Positions 17,520-27,096 of a stretch of 64,000 nucleotides of DNA are shown piece after piece. This DNA is from an uncultured Candidatus Saccharibacteria bacterium. GTDB lineage: Bacteria; Patescibacteriota; Saccharimonadia; Saccharimonadales; Saccharimonadaceae. Both the position numbers and the translations under genes were made by a program. A model generated the notes under the pieces. The model worked only from the letters and a program-made list of their open reading frames with translations, was not told where the DNA came from and made no database searches. Each line of letters starts with the position of its first letter. The stretch's first letter is position 1. The stretch covers positions 1,395-65,394 of the forward strand of contig CAZSPU010000002.1 in the NCBI GenBank assembly GCA_964608555.1. The letters are read 5' to 3'.

Positions 17520-18869
17520 TTATGACAGCTGATCCGAGGTTTGAGCGGACAACCTTTTACGATTGACCGCCACGCAAAGCAGCGACATGATTAACATTAG
17601 CCCGATAGTTATGATAATTTCTGGATTAATGCCGTACCAGATAATTTGTTGGTAAGTTGCTTGGTTGAAACCGAGCATTGCTTGGATGCCTAATAGTTCT
17701 TGGTTAATGATGCTAAATGACAAAACGATTATACTAGCTAAGCCAAAAGCAAAAATTACAGCGCCCAGCATCAGCTCAAAAAAGTAACATAAATAAATTA
17801 AACCGACCTGCAGTCTGGTAGCGCCCAAACTATAATATAGGCTAATATTGCGTTGGTCTTGATCGACAAGTCTGATGCTCGTAAAAATAACAACGATCAT
17901 CGCAATTACACCTAGAAAGATTGAAGTCAAATTGATTACGAATTGCATAGCGTTAAAAATATATAAAATATCTAGCGGCATGCCTGCAATATGAGTGACG
18001 AAATATGTGCGATTAGGTAAATCTATGTTGATAAATTTGCCTTTACCGTGCCGAAAATAATTATAGGCACTTTGAAGATTTTCAAACATCACCAAAAGCG
18101 ACTCGCGATCATTGTCGATAGCACCTAGATTTTGAGAATCATCTACTTCGGCGACTTGCCAATGCACGGACTGGCCATTGTCTATGATAATTGACGAAGC
18201 GCCAAGTGTCGGAATTAACTCGAGAATAGGATTAAGTAGATTGTGGTTATTACGTTCAAGTTGTTGTAAAGATAAATTACTAATGTGAAAACTGCCTGGC
18301 GTTAAGCCAACAACAAAATATTTTGCGCCATAAGAATCGGTAAAAGTTTGGCCAATCACGCTGTCGCGATATTCTTCGTAGGTTTTCTGTTTGCTGACGG
18401 CATTACCAGCGAGAGCGGGAAAATGTTGATAAAGCAATATTTCGCTTAAAGAAGTTGAGACTAGCACTGGCGCGGCGTCGGTGGGCACTTTTGATAAGTC
18501 AACTTGAATCGCATTGCTAACGAGATTTTCTGGCACAATAACGCCGCCAAACACGCTAAACCGTTCCACATCGCCTAGTATGCGCCCACTATGAGCGGTA
18601 ATATCGTCGATCATAGCTTCGCGAGTAACGCTTGGTGTAGTTTCGTCGGCAATTATACCATTAGTATTATTAGTCGCTTCCAGAATAACCTTGCCATCAG
18701 TCGCAGCGCTGGCTAGTTTAATATAAGAATTTTCTAAACCCTGCAACCATAAGTTCATTGCAAAGATGAGTCCGAAAATAATCCCCATAACCATCACAAT
18801 CATCAAATTACGGCGGAAGTAAACCCTAATATTGCTCAGGCTAATACGCAGTACGTCTTTAATTTTCAT
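17520..18869 (-). CDS. ABC transporter permease (FtsX/MacB-like)
   Basis: N-terminal TM, large extracellular loop, C-terminal TMs with 'ISLYYSLGAT'. Confidence 0.8.
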   Translation of the reverse strand: MKIKDVLRISLSNIRVYFRRNLMIVMVMGIIFGLIFAMNLWLQGLENSYIKLASAATDGKVILEATNNTNGIIADETTPSVTREAMIDDITAHSGRILGDVERFSVFGGVIVPENLVSNAIQVDLSKVPTDAAPVLVSTSLSEILLYQHFPALAGNAVSKQKTYEEYRDSVIGQTFTDSYGAKYFVVGLTPGSFHISNLSLQQLERNNHNLLNPILELIPTLGASSIIIDNGQSVHWQVAEVDDSQNLGAIDNDRESLLVMFENLQSAYNYFRHGKGKFINIDLPNRTYFVTHIAGMPLDILYIFNAMQFVINLTSIFLGVIAMIVVIFTSIRLVDQDQRNISLYYSLGATRLQVGLIYLCYFFELMLGAVIFAFGLASIIVLSFSIINQELLGIQAMLGFNQATYQQIIWYGINPEIIITIGLMLIMSLLCVAVNRKRLSAQTSDQLS

Positions 18870-18872
18870 CGG

Positions 18873-19775
18873 TTAATCTCCTTTCAGCCTTTGAGCAATG
18901 CGTTTATCGCTAAATTGGTCGATGCAAAGCACAAACGAGATGGGCGCCGCGAGAAAAATACAGCAGAGCACCGCGAGACATTGCCAGTTGACGCCGATTA
19001 AGACAGGCCAAAACGTTGGCACGCCAGGATATTCCGAGCTGAGTTGCGCAGATAAGTAATTCCAGCCGATCAAGGTCGCAAGGCTGGCAAGAATAATGGC
19101 GAGCGCAATTGCAAAAAGCGCCGCTCGCGCACACAACTCCAGCAGATAAGTAAAATATATAGCGGCGAGTTGCAGTTTTGAAGCACCCAGCGATCGATAG
19201 AGAACAAAAGTTTTGACATTACTTGCCAAAAGATGCGCCATTGTGAAAGCCAAAATAAAAGCTGAGATCAGCACCAAGACAATACTAGCTGGCCCGATTA
19301 AGTCATGGTTGAGTTTGCGAAAATAACCATACGCCGAGATTTGGTTCGAAAAAAGTTCGGTAATCATATAATGATTAGGGCTATAGTGCAATGCAGTGGC
19401 ATCTTTTTTACTATAATAATTATATGCGTCAGGCAAGCTTGAGAATTTAGCAATAGTAGCTGAAGTTGGCAGTTCCTCACTAATTTGTTCTTTCTGCGTG
19501 TCTGTGAGAGTTATGATTTCCCCGCCATAAGTTTGCACGCGGTCGAGAATTAACTCATCGTCTTGGGCGTTTTCGTAACTACTTGCTAAGTATATTTCCC
19601 CGTTGGTTGCATGGCCGGCATATTTTATAACAACATTTTCTAAGCCTTGTATAATTAATAGTATTGCTAACAAAAAACCGAACAATACTCCAATTGTGAT
19701 AATAGTCGCGCGGCTGCGCGTGCGGTAGGCAATAAGTTCGCGACGGGAAAGCTTAAAGGTTTCCTTCAACTTCAT
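18873..19775 (-). CDS. ABC transporter permease (FtsX/MacB-like)
   Basis: Same architecture, 'FVLYRSLGASK'. Confidence 0.8.
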   Translation of the reverse strand: MKLKETFKLSRRELIAYRTRSRATIITIGVLFGFLLAILLIIQGLENVVIKYAGHATNGEIYLASSYENAQDDELILDRVQTYGGEIITLTDTQKEQISEELPTSATIAKFSSLPDAYNYYSKKDATALHYSPNHYMITELFSNQISAYGYFRKLNHDLIGPASIVLVLISAFILAFTMAHLLASNVKTFVLYRSLGASKLQLAAIYFTYLLELCARAALFAIALAIILASLATLIGWNYLSAQLSSEYPGVPTFWPVLIGVNWQCLAVLCCIFLAAPISFVLCIDQFSDKRIAQRLKGD

Positions 19776-20538
19776 GCGTGATTCCTTGGCTGGAAGTAGA
19801 AGTTTGAGCTGGATTCAGGAGCTGGCTTGCCTGACTCGGCGTTTCGTCATGCAAATCTGGTTGTGCAGCTTGCGTTGTCGTAACTTTGATCACGCCGCCT
19901 GCGACTTCGACGATTTGAGTAGCAAATTCTAAAACATCACGACTATGACTGGCGATAATAACTGTGACACCCATTTGCTGACGGATGGAATTGAGAATTT
20001 CGAGAACGGTCTTGGCGTTGGCTTCGTCGAGATTACTAGTGGGCTCATCGGCCAGGATAATTTTTGGACTCAAAAGTAGCGCTCTCGCAATGCAAGCGCG
20101 TTCTGCCTGGCCGCCAGAAACTTCTTTTGGTAAGAATTTCAAATTTTCAGAAATTCCGAGGGTTTGAGCGAGAGATTCGGCCTTGGTCTTGCGGTCGGCT
20201 TCGGCCATGCCGGCAAATACTCCAGGCAGTGTGATATTTTCCATCAGTGTAAACTGCGGCTGCAAATATGATCCCTGAAAAATGATTCCAATCTCGTGAC
20301 GATAAAAATCCGTGCGTTCTTGCCTTGATAATTTACTGACATTTTTGTGATCGACGATGATTTCTCCGCTAGTAGGGGCTTCGAGACCGCCGATGAGATT
20401 GAGCAAGGTCGACTTGCCAGCGCCGCTTTCACCGCGTAGCACCGTAAAAGCGCCGGCCGGAATGGTCAGATTGACATCTTGGAAGATAATTTTGTCGCCA
20501 TATTGTTTTTTGATATTTTGCAGTTGTATGATGTCCAT
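19753..20538 (-). CDS. ABC transporter ATP-binding protein (LolD/MacB-like)
   Basis: GESGAGKST, VSGGQAER, ILADEPTSNLD. Confidence 0.9.
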   Translation of the reverse strand: MDIIQLQNIKKQYGDKIIFQDVNLTIPAGAFTVLRGESGAGKSTLLNLIGGLEAPTSGEIIVDHKNVSKLSRQERTDFYRHEIGIIFQGSYLQPQFTLMENITLPGVFAGMAEADRKTKAESLAQTLGISENLKFLPKEVSGGQAERACIARALLLSPKIILADEPTSNLDEANAKTVLEILNSIRQQMGVTVIIASHSRDVLEFATQIVEVAGGVIKVTTTQAAQPDLHDETPSQASQLLNPAQTSTSSQGITHEVEGNL

Positions 20539-20548
20539 TCTAAGTGCC

Positions 20549-22387
20549 TCATGCTAATGCAGCAGTGTCGTCTTGGAGATAACGACGCAAGGCGGCCTGA
20601 GCAGATTTAATATTATCTGGGTTTCCCTTCCAGGTTTTCATTAACGGATCTTGCAGGGCGCGGCTAAAGGCAAACGTTACCAGCCAAGGATATGGACCGT
20701 TTTTGCAGATGGCTTCAAGATTCTTGGTGGCGGTTTTAGGCTCCTGCCCGCCGCTTAGTAACAGAACACCGGCCAGATGTCTCGGCACGGAATGTGTCAA
20801 AACTGCCGCTGTAGCAATGGCAACTTCGCTCGGAGTGGACTGCGCGATAGATTGCTTGCCAGCAGAAATCATACTAGTTTTCAAAAGGCAGCCCGATAAA
20901 TCGACGTGTCTCTGGGCGAGTTTGTCAAAAATAGTTGTCAAGATGCGATGCGAAACTTCTACGCACTTATCAATCGTATAGTCGCCGTCGTATTCAATGT
21001 CAGATTCGAGCATCGGTACCAAGCCAGCTAATTGACATTCTTTAGCAAAGTTAGCTAAAAGCTCGGCGTTTTTCTCGATCACGACGAAACTAGGTGTATC
21101 TGGGCCAATATAGAATTTGGCGTGCCATTTAGCGAAGCGAAAACCAGTATTATAATAATCATCCAGCCGCACCGCTAGATCCTGTGCGCCCAAGGTGTAA
21201 GTTTCGTTAGTGTCGGCGTATTTGGCCTGACCTTGATCGGCTTTGATGCCGGGAATAATGCCGCGGTTCGTAAGTAGCTCGATATAATTTTGGTTCTGGC
21301 TGGTTTTGTGATCGATCAGCTCTTCGGGTAAGATGACGCCGCTGAGATAATTTGAGAGCTCGGGCGTCGTAAGTAATAAATCACGATAGGCCTGACGCGT
21401 ACGCGCAGATGCTGAAATCCCAAAATCGACCAGGCGTTTGGTCAGACTATGCTCAGACTCATCAGCCGCCAGGACGCCGCGTTTTGGTGCGACTAGGGAC
21501 TTAGCTATGAGCTTGAGGCTGGCGCGTTTTTCGAGTTCGGCTTCGGCTAACTGCTTGAGTTTGCGTGCCGAGAGGGAGCTTTCGAGAGTGGCCTGCTCAG
21601 CGTTGATCCGAGCCCACAAAATCGCATCGGCAGCACTACCGCCGACCGAAATCACACCCAGGACCGTAGCGACGATCGTAGAATAAACTGTGAGATGTGT
21701 CAACATATCCGTACGGCTCAAATGCCAACTCTCTTCTTCTTCGCCCATGGAAATGCGACGCGGACTAATATGGCAAACCAGTTGCGTATTCGGCTTTTCG
21801 ATTTCGATTTTATCAACGATTTTTTCGGCTTTGTGAATCGGCGGCTCATCTTCTACGAATAAAACATCCGCCATATCCGCTAAGCGACGCCCAGACGGGG
21901 AGAGATTTTTCTTGACGTGGACGGCTAATTTCGTAGTGGGCGAGAATTTGAGAAAGTTTTTGATTTCGTCGACGAGCTTCGCAGAGACAAAAGTCGAACG
22001 ATCGACCAAGATCCATTCGGGAGTGCCAGCCGGCGTCGTCCAATCGGTCTGTTTGCGACTACTCGGGACAAAATAGGTAATTTCGCCTTCGTGACATAAT
22101 ATATAGCGATAATTATCAGGCTCGGCCTGCCATAGGATGTCGCCGTTTTGGACTTCGGTCTTCGAGCCGAGGATTTTGGCGTCGATCCCCAGATGACTCA
22201 ACACTGACAGTGAAACGGCAGCGCCACCATAAACGCTGGTGCGTCGAAAAAACTGATGCGCAGCACCGTTAAAACCGAGCTCCAGCCAGCTAATGTTGTT
22301 TTCGTCTTTTTCAAAATCATTGTTACGCTCATCAAGTTTCAGATAAACATCCTTCAGGACATTCCCAATAATCAAAATCTTGCTCAT
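20549..22387 (-). CDS. Class I fructose-bisphosphate aldolase fused to an N-terminal PfkB-like domain
   Basis: C-terminal half: GVLAADES, IPGIKADQG, FAKW, LLKTSM (Schiff-base Lys), LLSGGQ, TFAFSRALQ. N-terminal half: ILIIGNVLKDVY and YGGAAVSLSVLSHLG (PfkB-like). Confidence 0.8.
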   Translation of the reverse strand: MSKILIIGNVLKDVYLKLDERNNDFEKDENNISWLELGFNGAAHQFFRRTSVYGGAAVSLSVLSHLGIDAKILGSKTEVQNGDILWQAEPDNYRYILCHEGEITYFVPSSRKQTDWTTPAGTPEWILVDRSTFVSAKLVDEIKNFLKFSPTTKLAVHVKKNLSPSGRRLADMADVLFVEDEPPIHKAEKIVDKIEIEKPNTQLVCHISPRRISMGEEEESWHLSRTDMLTHLTVYSTIVATVLGVISVGGSAADAILWARINAEQATLESSLSARKLKQLAEAELEKRASLKLIAKSLVAPKRGVLAADESEHSLTKRLVDFGISASARTRQAYRDLLLTTPELSNYLSGVILPEELIDHKTSQNQNYIELLTNRGIIPGIKADQGQAKYADTNETYTLGAQDLAVRLDDYYNTGFRFAKWHAKFYIGPDTPSFVVIEKNAELLANFAKECQLAGLVPMLESDIEYDGDYTIDKCVEVSHRILTTIFDKLAQRHVDLSGCLLKTSMISAGKQSIAQSTPSEVAIATAAVLTHSVPRHLAGVLLLSGGQEPKTATKNLEAICKNGPYPWLVTFAFSRALQDPLMKTWKGNPDNIKSAQAALRRYLQDDTAALA

Positions 22388-22574
22388 GCTTCCATTATAG
22401 CACAGATATGATACAATAGAAGTGCTAAACCAAACAGTCTAATTACTCTTACCAATCGTGGTAGTAATGCGGCTATTTACGCAGCGTCCATGATTGGTAA
22501 AGCTGTTTGGTTTAGCGACTAGTAAATAGTCGCATTTTTCATGGACACAGAATGCGGCGTTAAAGGAGGTATTT

Positions 22575-23030
22575 ATGAATACTAAGAAAATCAAAGCTGC
22601 ATGTTTGACAATTGCAATGATTGGACTAAATATTTTATGCTTAGTGCCGGCAGTTTCCGCTACCGGCGTAATTGTAGCAGACGAGACCGGCGCGGGAGGA
22701 ATTACGGGTCTTCCAACGGGTGATGCTAGTACGACAGGCTCAGACAGTTACAACTATGTCGGGCAAATACAAGGCACGGGAGCTAAAACTGATTTGCTCG
22801 GCACCGTCCAGACGATCATTAATGTAGTAATTGGATTAGTAGGCGTGATTGCAGTCGTAGTGATGATCATAGGTGGCATCAACTTTATTACTTCGCAGGG
22901 CGACACTAATAAAGTTACGAAAGCCCGCAATACAATCCTGTATGGTGTCGTCGGTCTCATCGTGGCGCTACTCGCCTTTGCAATCGTCAACTTTGTCATG
23001 GATGAGATGTTAGGTATTCAAAATAGTTAA
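22575..23030 (+). CDS. CPR-type pilin / VirB2-TrbC-like small membrane protein
   Basis: Signal-like N-terminus, two long hydrophobic helices flanking 'GGINFITSQGDTNKVTKARNTILYGVVGL'. Confidence 0.75.
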   Translation: MNTKKIKAACLTIAMIGLNILCLVPAVSATGVIVADETGAGGITGLPTGDASTTGSDSYNYVGQIQGTGAKTDLLGTVQTIINVVIGLVGVIAVVVMIIGGINFITSQGDTNKVTKARNTILYGVVGLIVALLAFAIVNFVMDEMLGIQNS

Positions 23031-23133
23031 ATCTAGGATCCATAAAACTACAGCGTTTAGATAATTCCCTGCGAGTAATCGCGGGGACTTTTTCTTCTAC
23101 ATGGGATGATTCGATGAAAATATTACGTAGCTA

Positions 23134-23206
23134 TTGACATTTTAGCATAAGTGTGATAGGATGAGAATATCATGCGAGTTAGCCTCGCGCGGGTTTTGAT
23201 TGTAAT
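23134..23206 (+). ncRNA. Promoter plus ~40-nt hairpin motif, candidate sRNA (copy B)
   Basis: TTGACA-17-TAGGAT, then ATATCATGCGAGTTAGCCTCGCGCGGGTTTTGATTGTAAT, at the same spacing as copy A. Confidence 0.45.
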
Positions 23207-23348
23207 ATGCGGTTTAGTATACAGTACATCGTGCTTATTGATTTGATGAAATGGTATTAGTAGAGAATGCGGGGCTTGATCTCTATAGAGCAAATTAGAC
23301 TTGACCAGATTAAAAAGTTTTGATAGAGTAAGTATTATATGGTTGTAG

Positions 23349-23444
23349 TTAGCGTCGCTTCTTTGAAGTGACGCTAATTTTTATACCAAACCAAAACAGT
23401 TCAATACAAAACACTAAGGATTTAATCCGAAAACTAATACTCAT
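23349..23444 (-). CDS. Small hydrophobic peptide, putative type I toxin (module B)
   Basis: MSISFRIKSLVFCIELFWFGIKISVTSKKRR*; GGAGG SD; convergent TTGACC-17-TAGAGT promoter near 23301-23329; 3' hairpin. Confidence 0.55.
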   Translation of the reverse strand: MSISFRIKSLVFCIELFWFGIKISVTSKKRR

Positions 23445-23537
23445 AGCGACAACCTCCTTCCTCCCCACCTCGATCTTTGGTAAAGTACCCAGCCTATGAT
23501 ATTTTGTTCAAATACCTACGCCCAATTTGCCCTATGT

Positions 23538-23596
23538 TATAGAGACTAACACCATTTCTTTCAAAAACACAAGCATAAGCATGCAAAAAAGTCGAA
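23538..23596 (-). promoter_or_regulatory. 59-bp block identical to 17135-17193
   Basis: Exact reverse-complement match, upstream of small ORF B. Confidence 0.8.
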
Positions 23597-23687
23597 GAAC
23601 ACACATGTAGATATTTCTGGCACAAAACACCAGAAGAACGCCCCGAAAGGCAAGGGGCGTTCTGGAAAGTAATTATATTTGCGTGTA

Positions 23688-24338
23688 TTACGCGGCTGCA
23701 GCTGTATCGGCACCGGCGTCGGATGCTGATTCAGTGGAACCGTCAGCCTCGGACTCGGCTTCGCGAGCAGCAGCTTCGGCGGCTGAGTCGTAAACGTTCG
23801 CAACGACGGTATTTTGCGCCATTTCTTTGTCTGCAACTTCGACACGATCCGGCATCTGCAAATCTGCTACAGTTAATTTGTCGTCAACATCGGCAAGATT
23901 AGCAGCATTGACGATGATCTCTTGCGGCAAATCGGACGGACGAGCCTTGATTTCGATATCTTCCATAACCTGCAAGATAACCAAATGCTTTTTAGCAGCT
24001 TCGGACTGATCAAAATCAACTACACGAATCGGAGTGACTGCTTCTACGACTTCGTCGGCCGAAATTGCCTGAAACTCAACGTTGATAATACGGCGACTCA
24101 CTGGGTCGATTGCGATATTTTTTACTAAGGCGAGCTGCGTCTGGCCTTGAACGGTCAGCTCAACTGGAGAATGATAACCAACTTCATTCAATACTTTTTC
24201 GGTAAGATTGTAGCTGGAAGTAGTCATAATTGGATTTTCAAGACCATAAACCACTGACGGAATCATTCCTTCAGCACGCAAAGCTTTGAGTTTTTTACCA
24301 GTAGCGACGCGCTTTTCCAGCGATAATTGATTCGACAT
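23688..24338 (-). CDS. rplY: 50S ribosomal protein L25 / general stress protein Ctc
   Basis: KKLKALRAEGMIPSVVYG, NVEFQAI, IEIKARPSDLPQEIIVN, LTVADL; acidic Ala-rich tail; AAGGAG SD. Confidence 0.9.
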   Translation of the reverse strand: MSNQLSLEKRVATGKKLKALRAEGMIPSVVYGLENPIMTTSSYNLTEKVLNEVGYHSPVELTVQGQTQLALVKNIAIDPVSRRIINVEFQAISADEVVEAVTPIRVVDFDQSEAAKKHLVILQVMEDIEIKARPSDLPQEIIVNAANLADVDDKLTVADLQMPDRVEVADKEMAQNTVVANVYDSAAEAAAREAESEADGSTESASDAGADTAAAA

Positions 24339-24446
24339 AAAAAATAACTCCTTTGTTTGTACTATTTTACTACATTTTTCTTTCTCTAGCAAGCTTGGTT
24401 TTGATAGCGTAAAATCGTGCAAAATAAATATTTTACTGCTACCGTC

Positions 24447-24660
24447 TTCGTGCGTAGTGATGTAGTAAATCCAGGCGGCTTAATTTATAATGTTGGATTA
24501 TGGAGCAACTTATGGTCGTCGCGCGCCAATACTTGGGCTGGACTTCAACACGCCCTCATTTTATCATTTAATACTTTAAATGTTGACTCCTCTGCCAATG
24601 GCGAACGCCATCACGGCCGTCCTCTCCACTGTCTAGTACGGTAGGGATAATGATAATGGA
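24447..24660 (+). repeat. Variable cassette copy 7 (first of tandem triplet)
   Basis: 5' arm perfect; 3' arm CCTCTCCACTGTCTAGTACGGTAGGGATAATGATAATGGA; 66 open codons. Confidence 0.9.
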
Positions 24661-24667
24661 TATATCC

Positions 24668-24887
24668 TTCGTGCGTAGTGGGCTTGTTCATGTCAACCAT
24701 TTCATTCATTGGCCTGGATCTAATGGTTTTTATTGGACATCTCGTGCTGACGATTCTGGATTTCAGCGAAGTTTTAATTTTACGTTTGCTATATCAGGTG
24801 TAGACCCATTCAATAGTTATGGTAATGGCGACCGTTCCTTCGGCTTTCCTCTTCGCTGCCTAGTACGGTAGGGATAATGGTAATGAA
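24668..24887 (+). repeat. Variable cassette copy 8 (second of triplet)
   Basis: 5' arm perfect; 68 open codons FVRSGLVH...FGFPLRCLVR*. Confidence 0.9.
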
Positions 24888-24907
24888 TGATGCAGAACAA
24901 ACAACTC

Positions 24908-25124
24908 TTCGTGCGTAGTGATGTTGTTAATGCGAGCGGGCAAGTTAGTTCATACGCGGGCAACAATGGCTTAGTGTGGTCGTCGCGCGCTGGAACTAGT
25001 AGTGCCTTTCAAACTAGTTTTGATTTACCTTTTAACGCTACGGATGCTTATCCATCTAACAGTGGTGATCGTTGGCATGGCATGTCTCTCCGCTGCCTAG
25101 TACGGTAGGGATAATGGTAATGGA
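24908..25124 (+). repeat. Variable cassette copy 9 (third of triplet)
   Basis: 5' arm perfect; 67 open codons FVRSDVVN...HGMSLRCLVR*. Confidence 0.9.
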
Positions 25125-25155
25125 TAAGGTTAAATGTGCAGGCAAAAATATAAAC

Positions 25156-25189
25156 AAAAGTCCTAAGCGGAAATTGCCTAGGACTTTTT
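25156..25189. terminator. Bidirectional terminator between the cassette array and the surface-protein gene
   Basis: AAAAGTCCTA...TAGGACTTTT inverted repeat. Confidence 0.65.
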
Positions 25190-25206
25190 GTAAACAGAAC
25201 GTGCGT

Positions 25207-26142
25207 TTAGCCTTGTTTGCGTTTAAGCACGCGGCTCACAATCCAGAACACTGCGACAGCGACAAAGACGATAACTATAACCAGGAACCAGATTGGACAG
25301 AGGAAGACGGTTTTTTCGACTGTAGATGTTTCGTCAAAAATTGTAATGGTCTGCTTGACTTTGAAGATGCCGAGCTGCGGCGCATCGTCCCAAGAAACTT
25401 CATTGTAGCGTTCGGTTTCAGGGAAAATTACCTGCTGTTGTTTTTCTTCGGGAGTAGTATAGACGTTTTTACCACCGAAGAATGAGGAAACTTCCAGCTT
25501 ATAAGTAGCGGCTGTATAAACGTTGCCTGTATTCTTAACGGTAGATGTGGCAGTGACTGGCGGCTCAAACAGGAATCCAGGAATCTTATTATCAAGGATT
25601 TCTGCGGTTTCGCGAGTCTCACCAGCAATGTTGGAAAAGATAACGAACGCGACTTGCTGAATAGTTTTCACGCCTGTATCAGTGGGCGATTCATCGTCCG
25701 TCATTGATACTGTGATAGCTGCGTTTTGGTTACCGGCAGGGGCGTCATTCGGAACCTTGATATGGTATTTCACTTCCACCTGCGCGCCAGGTTCAACCGT
25801 ACCGGTACCACCCTCAACTGTGACCCACTCTTGCATGATGCTGTATTTATTTTCCTCCGAAAAGCTTGGCGTGTAATCACCACTCTTAACCGAGTATGGT
25901 TTGATATCCGTTTCAAAAGCATAAGCCTTCTGTCCTGAATTTTGCACCTTGAATGAGCCATGATATGTGCGCCCTGGCTGCAATTCTCCGACGTTGGCTT
26001 GCGTTGGCGAAATTTGTAAACGGTAGTCTGGAACATCTGCAGCAAGAGCTATCCCTGAATAATTATTTACGTTAAATATCATCGATAGACATGCAACGAG
26101 CGTAATCACCAGTGCACGCTTCAAAGTTTTTATCTTATTCAT
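25207..26142 (-). CDS. Cell-surface protein (signal peptide, Ig-like/DUF916-like domains, C-terminal TM anchor)
   Basis: LQISPT..., GSFKVQN, VKNTGNVY, C-terminal hydrophobic helix plus KRKQG tail; resembles WxL-interacting proteins. Confidence 0.55.
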   Translation of the reverse strand: MNKIKTLKRALVITLVACLSMIFNVNNYSGIALAADVPDYRLQISPTQANVGELQPGRTYHGSFKVQNSGQKAYAFETDIKPYSVKSGDYTPSFSEENKYSIMQEWVTVEGGTGTVEPGAQVEVKYHIKVPNDAPAGNQNAAITVSMTDDESPTDTGVKTIQQVAFVIFSNIAGETRETAEILDNKIPGFLFEPPVTATSTVKNTGNVYTAATYKLEVSSFFGGKNVYTTPEEKQQQVIFPETERYNEVSWDDAPQLGIFKVKQTITIFDETSTVEKTVFLCPIWFLVIVIVFVAVAVFWIVSRVLKRKQG

Positions 26143-26214
26143 TAACCTCCTTATTTATGTCTATTATATATGATTGCGATGGTTTATCAATAAGAAAAGT
26201 AAAAGTCACACTCC

Positions 26215-26240
26215 AAAACCGCCTCAAACGAGGCGGTTTT
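26215..26240. terminator. Intrinsic terminator
   Basis: Perfect 11-bp stem AAAACCGCCTC/GAGGCGGTTTT. Confidence 0.75.
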
Positions 26241-26274
26241 AAAACTATTCTATTAAAAGCTTACAGAATTAAGT

Positions 26275-26901
26275 CTAGCCTTCGGTTGGAGTAGAAGGAA
26301 GTTCTACTACATCTGTAGTGGCAGCGGTTGTAGCGGTGAGCAAAACAGTAGTCGAGTATTCGTCGGCTGCCTGAGATGCACTGACGCTAGCACCAAACTC
26401 AATAGTAATGGTATCGCCAGCATCAGCTGGTTTAGCAGTAGTCTTAGTTAATTCTGCTTCAGCAGTCAAGCCTTGATACGCGTCAGCAGTTCCACCTTCA
26501 GCGGCTGCTAGGCGATAGCCCCACTTAGATTCACCAACCTTTGGAACACCAGCGGCGATAGTTTCGGTATTACTAGCAGTCTTACCGACCATGCCAGTCT
26601 TAGTGCCGTCTTTAGGAGAAATCTTTACGACGTAGCCGCCAGCGTTGTTAGTCTTGACGTTAATCGTACCGGTACCAGAAACAATTGGACCGTTGTTGAT
26701 AACATTACCGAGGCTAACGGTTTTATTAGCTTGAGTAGTTTCAAGAGAGATGAAATCATTAACATTAAGATTAACAGTCATTTCATCTTGATTATAATAA
26801 TGTTGACCTTCAGTAGCAGCATACGAACTCAATGGTAAAGCAGCGACGCCAAGACCAGCGACTACGCCCAAAATGGCCAGGGCTTTTGTTGATTTAGACA
26901 T
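26275..26901 (-). CDS. Secreted Thr/Ala-rich beta-strand surface protein (WxL-like)
   Basis: Signal peptide, 'INVKTNNAGGY', 'SKWGYRL', 'DEYSTTVLLTAT'; paired with the DUF916-like gene. Confidence 0.55.
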   Translation of the reverse strand: MSKSTKALAILGVVAGLGVAALPLSSYAATEGQHYYNQDEMTVNLNVNDFISLETTQANKTVSLGNVINNGPIVSGTGTINVKTNNAGGYVVKISPKDGTKTGMVGKTASNTETIAAGVPKVGESKWGYRLAAAEGGTADAYQGLTAEAELTKTTAKPADAGDTITIEFGASVSASQAADEYSTTVLLTATTAATTDVVELPSTPTEG

Positions 26902-27096
26902 AAAAGTTTTCTCCTTTTTATGTATTTTGGTTTGATATTTTTATGTGATCTTTTCCTGCTTTTAGTATACCGCCTTAAAAAATAAAACGCAAGCGGAATT
27001 TTCGGAAAGTTTCGGGCGTTTTCCACACAAAGTTTTCGGTTACTATAGGTAATGATATGGTATAATTGATGGGAAAGACGTGGACAGAGACCTTTA

